Source: Vitrella brassicaformis CCMP3155
Taxonomy: Eukaryota > Protista > Chromerida
Assembly: GCA_001179505.1 (NCBI GenBank)
Contig: CDMY01000706.1
Span: 1 to 28,570 of the forward strand
Length of the DNA: 28,570 bases
Reading direction: 5' to 3'
Translations under genes and position numbers: made by a program
The notes under the pieces: model-generated
What the model saw: only the letters and a program-made list of their open reading frames with translations
Database searches by the model: none
What the model was told of the DNA's origin: nothing
Shown here: positions 20,430-28,570 of the stretch, piece by piece
Layout of the letters: each line of letters opens with the position of its first letter
Numbering within the stretch: the stretch's first letter is position 1

Positions 20430-21796
20430 GTATGCACTCGAGTGATGGAACAGCGGACCCAAAAATTGTGTGTGTGTGTGTGTGTGTGTGTTGGAATACC
20501 CCTCGTGCAGGGGAGCGGACTCGACGCTGAAGAGCACACAGCCGTCGCCGGACGAGCTGGCGATCAAGGAGACGGTGCGTGACTGCTACAGCAAAGTGTG
20601 TCGCGAGTTCAACCCTGCCAAGCAAGAACAGGCCGACCAGCTAGCGCAGAGCTTCGGCTATTCCAAGCAGGACGTCCACGAGCTGGGTGCGGGTGCCTCG
20701 ATGGGCCTCTCGTGCGGCAACCCCGTCAGCAGGGTGGGTGAGTCGGCAGGCAGTCAACGAAAGACCTACTCACTCTGTCCTGCGGGCGGATTGATGGATG
20801 GATGCATCAAGGGATGTGTGTGTTCTGGCTGTGTGTATTCAGGCTGACCTGAGAGAGGGCGAGGTGGTGTTGGACCTCGGCGCTGGAGCTGGATTCGACC
20901 TCTTTCTGGCCGCCAAGAGGGTCAGCCGGGCAAATGAAAACGAACTTTGGGTGCAACGGGTGTGATTGTCCTGATGTGACTGCAATAATGTGACTATTTC
21001 AGGTGGGCCCCAGCGGCCGGCTGATCGGCGTTGACTACAGCGCTGACATGGTCGAGCGGGCGAGGGCCAACGCCAAGAAAAGGGGCATTGCCAATGTCGA
21101 CTTCCACCACGCCGAGCTGGAGAGGCTGCCGATCGCTGACCGATCCGTGGACTGCGTCATCTCCAACTGTGTGCTCAATCTGGTGCCTGACAAGACAAAG
21201 GCATTCAGCGAGCTCTTCAGGGTGCTCAAATCAGGTCGGTCGGTGGCTGGCTGGTGGGGCAGGGAGCACTCAGGCCACACACGCACGTGTATGCTGTCTG
21301 TCTGTCTGTCTGTTTGTCTTTGTGTGCGCACGGCATGCAGGTGGTCGTGTGGTGATATCTGACATCGTCCTCAGGCAAAAGGTCCCTCCTGGCCTCGCTG
21401 CGGTCAGTGAGCGCCGACGCACACACGCACACACACACACGAAATGGTGTGCATGTGTATGTGTCATGTCTGCAGGACATCCGCACGCGTGTGTGCTGTG
21501 TGGGTGGCGCCCTGCAAGCAGAGGAGTACGAGTCGCTTTTGCGTCAAGTGGGCTTCGGCGAGGTCAGATTGGTGGACAAGAACGCTGACCTGAATGTGTG
21601 GAAGAAGCTCGACGTCCTGCCGAAGCAGCAGCAGCAGCAGCAGGAGGGCAGCTGCTGCTCGACCAGCCGGTCAGAAGCAACGAGAGTGAGCTGCTGCGGT
21701 GCTGAGCAAAGCGATAGTGAGGCCGGGTCTGCTTTCATGACGAGCGACCTGAACCAGTTCGCCTCGAGCTGCTACATCCACGCCCTCAAGCCGTAG
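19223..21796 (+). CDS. arsM: Arylamine N-acetyltransferase - arsenite S-adenosylmethionine methyltransferase fusion (9 exons, 619 aa)
   Basis: Exons 19223-19547, 19637-19883, 19978-20025, 20106-20429, 20511-20733, 20843-20920, 21003-21234, 21341-21402 and 21476-21796 sum to 1860 nt. All introns are GT-AG and phase-consistent. Confidence 0.75.
20511..21796 (+). other. arsM: As(III) methyltransferase (ArsM/AS3MT) domain
   Basis: MGLSCGNP, GEVVLDLGAGAGFD (SAM-binding motif), IGVDYSADM, SVDCVISNCVLNLVPDK, RVLKSGGRVVISDIV and CCVGGALQAEEY...GF carry the conserved ArsM cysteines. Confidence 0.9.
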
Positions 21797-21996
21797 ATAG
21801 ACGACTGACGAGAGAGTAGACGACTGTCGCGGGGGACGAGCTGTAGGCGGCTGGCTTTTTCTGTCCATTGATCGATGACACGCTTCATGTGTAGTCCTCT
21901 TTTTTTATCATCGACTCCATACGCACATATATATACATGTGTGTGAGTGACCCGACTTCATCAATTTTTCATCGCGCGATGATCAGTGCAGCTAAG

Positions 21997-23054
21997 ATGG
22001 CTATCAAGCTCCTCTTTGTGCTGTCTCTGTCGGTGTGGTGGCTGGCCCGCTGCAATGCACTCCACGTCGGCCGCAAACACAGAGGTAGGTAACTGAGTGA
22101 TGGAGAGAGAGGGAAGGGCCCCACTCTCGTCTGTGTCTCCTGGCTGCGAATCATGACGATGACACAGGTGAGGTGTCTGTGTGGCCGACCACCGAGTACC
22201 TGCACATAGCCAACCACACAGTCGACTGCCGCCGGTCAATCACTCTCCTGCCGGCAGAAATGGTAAGTCAGTCAGTGAGCCTCTCCACCACATCAATCAA
22301 TCAGTCACTCCATTGTCTGTCTGTCTGTCTGTCTGTCTGTGTGTGTCGTCAGGGCATCAGTGGCGTCGATGAGATGCGCGAGTGGTGCGACAAGGCCACT
22401 GAGTGCACGGCATTCAGCTGGCCGACTGCACGTGTGTGTCTCGATGACACGTGGATGCGCACACTGCACACCCTGACCACACAAACATCGCCGTACGACC
22501 TTCCGACACACAGACACACACACTGCACGTGTCTCTCTCTCGCTGTCTCCTCATTGAAGGTTTCCCACGACTTATGTCAAGCCGCTGTCGGTTGCCAACT
22601 ACGACGTCTACTCGAACATGCTGAGTGCGTGCAGCGAGACGCTCGAGCAACACGACAACATCAACGCCACCACAGCCGCATACCACTGGTGGGTAGGGCA
22701 GCGCAGCAATAGAGTTGGGCTCTCCCCCTGTCTGTGTGGTGTGTGATGTCCAGTGACGAGTTGGAAGACTGTCGGTTCTTCACCCTCCGGCCCAGCGAAG
22801 AGACGACCACATTCGGCCAAGTGCAGTTCTGCAGCGGACGGCTGCACCACCACTATCACCCAGGAGCTGTCACGGCACTCAAGCTCAAAGGTGAGAGATC
22901 CAGTGACCGACAGCCACGTGACGCGTGTGTGTGTGTTGTTGTTGGGATGTGCGCAGAGAAGATGGAGCGAGGTGTGAATCGGTCGGAGAGGCCGCCCTGT
23001 GCGCTGAGGGGGCCGATCCGAAGCGACCGGGGAGATCATCCCACCAGGATGTAA
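21997..23054 (+). CDS. Secreted cysteine-containing protein with two PAN/apple-like motifs (3' end uncertain, may extend toward ~23460)
   Basis: Signal peptide MAIKLLFVLSLSVWWLARCNA. Spliced exons give WCDKATECTAFSWPTARVCL and YHCDELEDCRFFTL...QFC (C-x5-C-x2-F...C). Confidence 0.5.
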
Positions 23055-23540
23055 GCAGCCATGTAATTAATGGACGTGTCTCCCTCCCTTTGATGTGTGT
23101 CTGTGTAACATTTGTGTGTGCAGACGCCTCGTGACGTTCGCTGATCAGTCTTGAGATTTGCTGGCAATCGAAGGACTGATCAAAGCGACAGACACAGACT
23201 GTCAGTGCATTCATGCCTTCACACGATGCATTCAACCGCTGTAAGAGAGAGATTGATTGATGGCCTCCACAGCGGACACACACACATCACATACACACAC
23301 ACCACAGGACGTGGGTGTGGGTGTGTCGGCAGAGTGGGAATGGACGGGAGGGATGAATGGATTGGCTTCTTTCTTTCAATATGGATGCTCATTGCTCAGA
23401 CATCCAGAGAATGGTTGATAGCTACAAGCACGAACAGTGTCACTGCAGCCACGTACGTATGATCGAATGCATCAACACGTCAACCACACACATTGAGAGG
23501 CAGAGCATCATCCAGCCCCCACACGCCACGCATAGACATG

Positions 23541-26500
23541 TCATGAATGCGTTGGCAGCCTCACCAGCTGCAGCTCTACATCTGACCACTCTACGTCGAA
23601 GCCGCCACCCGACTCGCTGTCGTCAGCGATCAGGCCATAGTGGGCTTTCTCTGCCTGATGGATGCACTGCTCGACTACTGAATGGAATGCGGCCTCTCTG
23701 CCATCGCCCTTTTCCAAATTGTGCAGAGCACTCAGGTCGACAAACGCTACCAGCCGAGCGGCTGCAGGCCGCACGGCAGCGATCAACGCAACGCCAGACG
23801 CAACCTCATCTATCGTTTCGCTAACAATCACTTCGACAGTCATGGAGGCGATGTGAGGGTATCGGGCGCAGTCAGAGATGGCGGGCACCTCTGAACCACA
23901 CACCGATGCCCTCACCTCGACGCTCTCTAGCTTGACGTCAGGGGGCAGCTGCGATAGGCAAAACGCTGCCACGCCCAGGCTCGGCAAACGTGTCAAACTG
24001 ACTGTCGTGAGCCTGTCTAAGGTGCCCAGCAATGTGCCCGGGCCATCGAGCCCCGCAGGCACGCCGTCACACACACCCAGATCGAGAACGAGGCTGGTGA
24101 TGTTGGGCAGGTGGCGATTGCCACTGGTGGTGTCGCTCCTCGCGGCCATCCACTGCGGCACACTCGACAAGGCCCGGGATGACGTCAGCCCCTCCACCGA
24201 TACCTTGTTGGCCTTGGTGAAGACCAGCAGGCCGGCCCATGACTGGTCCAGAGGCCTCCCGCCACACCGCAGAGTCACCTGCACCAAAGCATGCAGACAA
24301 TGAGCAGGGGTGTATGTGCGTCTCTGTACGGCCTCTTGTCTCGGTGCTGCGTTGCTCACCTCTTTCGCTGTGCTGCTGATGTCTTTGATCATTTTGGCGA
24401 TGGGGCCAGTGGGTGCAGGAGGAGAAGTGACGAGGTCCCTGGAGCAGTCGATAGCCACCTCATCGACCCTCCAGTCAACCGTGCAGTTGGCCAACGCTGC
24501 AGACAGACAGACCCACACACAACAGAGATGCGTAGCATTGCAATCCTCCCGTCTGTCCATTTGTCGGTTCGTCCTACTAACTTACCTGCCCAGTCGAGGA
24601 AGGCAGGGAGGCTTATAGCATCAGGGTCTGTGGGATGGAGCAGCTCATGGGTGAAGGGAACGGAGATCTTGTCACCGAACTCCAGGCCGATCCTCTTCTC
24701 AACATCTGCACACAGCCACAAAAACAATGCGGCCAGCCTGTCGGTGGTTCCTCTGTCTGTTCTCGCTCGGTGGCTGGCGCACCTTTCAGGCTATCCTTGG
24801 TCCAGATGGGGTCGAGAGCACGCTTCAGCTTGCCCAGTGTCGACGTGAAGTCGTAGAGGCCGTCCATCTTAACCCACTCGATGTCGGTGAGGTGCGGGCA
24901 TCCCTGAATGAGGGAGGCGAAGTCATCGTCATCCTCATCGTCAGCAAACAGCTCCTCGATCGCTGCAGACAAGGGAGAGGGACAGAGAACTCATCCATCG
25001 ATGCAGCAGGTGCATGTGAGAGGTATGATTGCTTACACAGTGACTTGAGCTTGGGGGCATGCTCCACGATGTCACTGACACCATGACCACCGTAGCTTCG
25101 GTTCCCCGCACGCAGGCGAAGAAGAGATGGGAATCGCCACCCTCGAAACCTAAACACACACACACACACACACAGAGGGGATGATCAAGACACAGCTGCG
25201 GTGTGACCATGAAGAACAGTCATGCTTACCCACGGTGATCTGGCCAGTCTTCGACGTAGAGCTCCTCCAGCTGTGAGAAGGTCACAGTGGGCGGCGATGT
25301 CGAGACGCTGTAGTGGTAATTCTCGAAGCCCGGGGTGTAGTCGAGCTTCATGCTCCTCACTGTGTCGCGGGAGGCCTCGATGCACTCGAGAGGGAAGTCG
25401 AGGCCCTTCCAGTGACTGCTGATGTGCACCGTCCGCAGCCGACCCTGCCACCAGACAGACAGGAGTCAGCTATGGTCTCGACTTGGTTGGTGCGGTGTGG
25501 TGGCGCACCAGTTTCTGCTTCAGTGTTTTGAGGGTGTCTTGCTCTCTCAGCCGCTTGCTCTGCTGTCTGAGGTCCGCCCCGCCCGCCGCCCCCTCCCCGG
25601 CCGAGTCGTCCCCTCCCCCCTCCTCATCGTCTCCCTCCCCTCCCTCCCTTTCTTCATCCTCCTCTCCCTGGTCGTCGTCGTCGTCTTCTTCTTCTGCTTC
25701 ATCATCATCATCATCATCCTCCTCCTCACTGCTGCCGTCGCCATCGACGCTCAGGCTCTCGCCCGTTTGCCAGGCGGTCCTCCGAATGCCGCCTGAGGGC
25801 CGCGCCGCCGCCACCCCCTTCCCCTCCCCTCCAGAGCTCCCCCGGCTACTGCCGTCGCCATGGACGCCGATGTCCTCGAACGTCCGTCTGGCGTTCCTCC
25901 GAATGCCCGCATCCCACCACTGTCGCTCGTCCACACCAATGACCAAGTGGCGGTACACGCCCCTGGTGTCGTCGGTGACGAGCTGCTTCATGGCCTGGTT
26001 GACGCGGGAGAGGGGCGCGGCGTCTTTGGTGGGCAGGAAGGCCAACACGATGTGCGCCACGTCGGGCGGCAGGCCGTCCAGACATGGACGACCGAGCTGA
26101 TCACACACACAGGGGCGCACATGTCATGTTGTGTGGATGTTTGGGCTGATTTGGTGTGGCTTGCCTGGGTTATTATGGTGTCTGGTGGGAGGGGTCTGTT
26201 GGCGATGGGCTGAGGGAGTGGCGGCTTGGCGACTTTGACGCTGTCGAGTGTCTTGATGAGACCCCGCAGCGCGTCGTGTCGCGACGCCACCGACTGCTCC
26301 ACCGTCAGCAGCTTGTTTGACAGGGCCGGCACCTGCCAACACACACACACACTCACAGACAGAAGGAGAAGGGCGTCTGTGTGTGTGTGTGTGTACCTTG
26401 TCGGCCAGTGTGGGCGTGACGTACGGTCGCATCTCTGACAGCACGGTCGCCGTCTGCGCCTCGAGCGATTTGATCTTCTTCAACAAGGGCACCAGCCGAC

Positions 26501-26927
26501 AAACATTCGCCTTGTCAGCCTGAGAGAATGAACACACACACGGGCACACACAGAGCCATCAAGTGTGTCTGCGTGTGTCGTCCAGGCAGGTGGCTGTGCT
26601 GCTGACCCAGTCTATGACGGGATGCACCTCTTGGTCCGACGGCTGGCCGCCATCTACAGCTACACCAGTGCTACATCCTCCACCTGCATGACGAGAGAGC
26701 ATCACACAACAAAGGCAGCAGGCCATCAAAGAGTGAGTCGGTCTGTTCCCTTCATGGATCCTTCTTCTCACCTCCAGATCCAGCAGCGGGCGATGAGTCG
26801 TCAAGGTCCACACGAGGCCGCTTGCCGGCATTCTCGTCAGCTCCGCCACACACCTGCAAACCAACAGAAGATCTGAGTCAGCTGCTCCTCTCTCTCTTGT
26901 TCTGTCGTGGTTGGCACCTACCTCCAT
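23541..26927 (-). CDS. F-box/LRR-like multi-exon protein with an acidic insertion, right (apparently intact) copy
   Basis: First exon is ATGGAG (26922-26927). F-box motif LDGLPPDVAHIVLAFLPTKDAAPLSRVNQ, a D/E tract, LRR-like segments (LIQGCPHLTDIEW, HLPNITSLVL, LDRLTTVSLTRL), stop at 23541. The junctions checked were phase-consistent. Confidence 0.65.
25560..25740 (-). repeat. Trinucleotide-derived low-complexity tract encoding poly-D/E/G
   Basis: TCA/TCG/TCC/TCT runs on the + strand encode SSEEEDDDDDDEAEEEDDDDDQGEEDEEREGGEGDDEEGGG. Confidence 0.85.
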
Positions 26928-27544
26928 GAGTTGCTACGGATGTACCAGCAGATGGGTCATCTCCGCCTCAGCGACAAGCCGGGCCGGGCGGCCGCGCTCG
27001 TGAGGCTTGATCTTGATGACAGCACGTCCCTCTCCTTAGACGCGGACACTGACAACTCCAACACAACTCTGTTGTCACTCATTTTGGCGCCAAGCTCGCA
27101 AATGGTGCCGATCGGGAGGGAAAAAAGTGGAGCGAAACGGCTCTTTCGCAGGTTGTTCCAGGTCAGCAGACACAGTAAGGAAGGAAACAAACGAAAAGAC
27201 CGAACATGCGTGGCCTCTTTGCCTGCCGTGTGTGTTGTCAGCTGTCGAGCCCTCGGTGAAGAAGCAAACGGAGAAGTAGCCTTTGTTCTTGGAGTCTGGG
27301 GCCTGCTGATGCTCCTGCTGACGGTATGAGGAATGAACGAAGGAATCAACAAACCAGCAAAGCACCACTGGCCGGGGTGGCATCTCTGTGTGTTCTCACT
27401 GCAGATGTCGTTGGTGGGGTCGCTGTGACGGCCGCCGACTGACTGACTGACTGACTGACCAGGTGCGCCGGCAATGTTGGATGGAGGAGGGATTCGCAAG
27501 TGACTGTGCGTGTCTGTGTGTATGCAGTGGTGTGACTCATTGGG

Positions 27545-28570
27545 ATGGCCCAACCATCCTCTGCCGCATCGCAAGCACCTCCTCATGCTACGCTGCCACA
27601 CGGCTGCAAGGGGCTGGATGACGTCGACATCGTCCCTGGTAGGAGCGTGAGTGCTGTCAGTCAGCAGCTGCTGCAGGGCTGCATTCGCCGAACCTTCACC
27701 GAGGCAGGATCCGTCACACAGCTGATCCGTCAAGGAGCCGACCCGAGAGCCATCGGCAACCTTCGTGTCCGCGGCCCCACAGTCACCCCGTACTGGCGAT
27801 ACAACTGCCCGTCTTTCGCCATCGACAGTCCAACAAACTACCCGCTCCTCTATGCGGACGGCGAGGATGGCTACGATGTGCGCGTCTCCCTGCCACAGTG
27901 GTCCTCCCGTGAGCTGCAGCAGGACATCATCAATGCACTCATCGACGGCGGGGCGGACGTCAATAGGGGCGGCGGGTCTGAGAGTCCCATCAAGGTGGCA
28001 ATTGCGGCAGGCAATCTGACGGCAGTGGATGCCCTCCTGGCGCGTCAGGTCGACGTGCGGGGATTCACGGTGATGCGGCTTCCATACATCCACGATGCTG
28101 CCCCTCCCGCCACTCGTGAGTACGAGGCCGCCCTCATGTCGGTGTACCGCCGACTTGTCCAACACGACAACACACTCGCAGCCCAGCGGACCGCTCATGG
28201 ATTCAATCTGGTGCATTTGGCCGCCGAGGCCCCCTCCATCTTCTCCCAGTCCTTCATCGACCAGTACCTCACCCTCATCACCAGCCACGGAGCCGACATG
28301 ACGGCAACAGACACCGGCTGGACGCCACTGCACATCGCAGCATGGCGTGGCTCCCCCTATGTGGCCGAGTGGCTGTGCCGCCGGCTCCCAGCTGAGGACA
28401 TCAACAGAGGAAGGCCCCCCCAGCCTCATCGGACACCCCTCGCTATGGCTGCCGATCGTTTCGACTTTTTTGCGCGACAGCAACAGGAGCGGCAACAGAC
28501 AGAGGGGGGCTCGAGACACATCCGCCAGCAGAAGGCCACCATCGGTGTGCTGCTGCGGAGCGGGGCGGCC
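27545..28570 (+). CDS. Ankyrin-repeat protein, right copy (truncated by the window end)
   Basis: ATG at 27545 with an in-frame TGA upstream. Open for 342 codons to the window end: MAQPSSAASQAPPHATLPHGCKGLDDVDIVP...GADMTATDTGWTPLHIAAWRGSPYVAEWL. It is absent from the ORF track, probably because no stop falls inside the window. Confidence 0.85.
   Translation, partial: MAQPSSAASQAPPHATLPHGCKGLDDVDIVPGRSVSAVSQQLLQGCIRRTFTEAGSVTQLIRQGADPRAIGNLRVRGPTVTPYWRYNCPSFAIDSPTNYPLLYADGEDGYDVRVSLPQWSSRELQQDIINALIDGGADVNRGGGSESPIKVAIAAGNLTAVDALLARQVDVRGFTVMRLPYIHDAAPPATREYEAALMSVYRRLVQHDNTLAAQRTAHGFNLVHLAAEAPSIFSQSFIDQYLTLITSHGADMTATDTGWTPLHIAAWRGSPYVAEWLCRRLPAEDINRGRPPQPHRTPLAMAADRFDFFARQQQERQQTEGGSRHIRQQKATIGVLLRSGAA

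Larger units (their letters stand above)
21915..28570. repeat. Right arm of the inverted duplication (runs off the window end)
   Basis: Same three genes in mirror order and orientation. Paired ORFs in the track include 5511..6242(+) vs 23541..24560(-) and 7187..7729(-) vs 22173..22712(+). Confidence 0.95.

Noticed and set aside
20122-20847. NAT and ArsM as two unrelated genes, as the ORF track suggests
   Set aside because: Not preferred: the phase-matched 20430-20510 intron joins them and ArsM lacks a proper start. It is kept only as an alternative isoform hypothesis.
26957-28519. 520-aa minus-strand ORF (also 1157..2131, 630..1496 and 17962..19020)
   Set aside because: These are antisense or alternative-frame shadows of the ankyrin and MYND genes in GC-rich DNA, with no recognisable motifs.
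1397-28570. Calling the arms terminal inverted repeats of a known DNA transposon (Maverick/Polinton, Starship-like, CACTA)
   Set aside because: No transposase, integrase, tyrosine recombinase, pPolB or capsid gene is visible, and the outer ends and TSDs lie outside the window.

Overview
Eukaryotic, GC-rich, intron-dense DNA. Short introns full of AC/GT/CAGA microsatellites and the type of ankyrin family suggest a chromerid alveolate such as Vitrella brassicaformis (inference). The window is a large imperfect inverted duplication: a left arm (<=1397-~7975) and a right arm (~21915->=28570). Each arm carries the same three genes: an intronless ankyrin-repeat gene, a head-to-head F-box/LRR-like gene and a secreted PAN/apple-like gene. 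The arms enclose ~14 kb of unique DNA containing a coiled-coil gene with an inverted, tandemly amplified copy of its 5' exons, an ARM-like gene, a degenerate MYND-finger/pseudo-cyclophilin fusion, and a 9-exon gene that splices an arylamine N-acetyltransferase (NAT) in frame to an arsenite methyltransferase (ArsM/AS3MT). The NAT-ArsM fusion is the best candidate for an undescribed system. Two of the three left-arm genes are frameshifted relative to their right-arm twins. All gene models were built by hand from splice sites and reading-frame phase, without RNA evidence or database searches.
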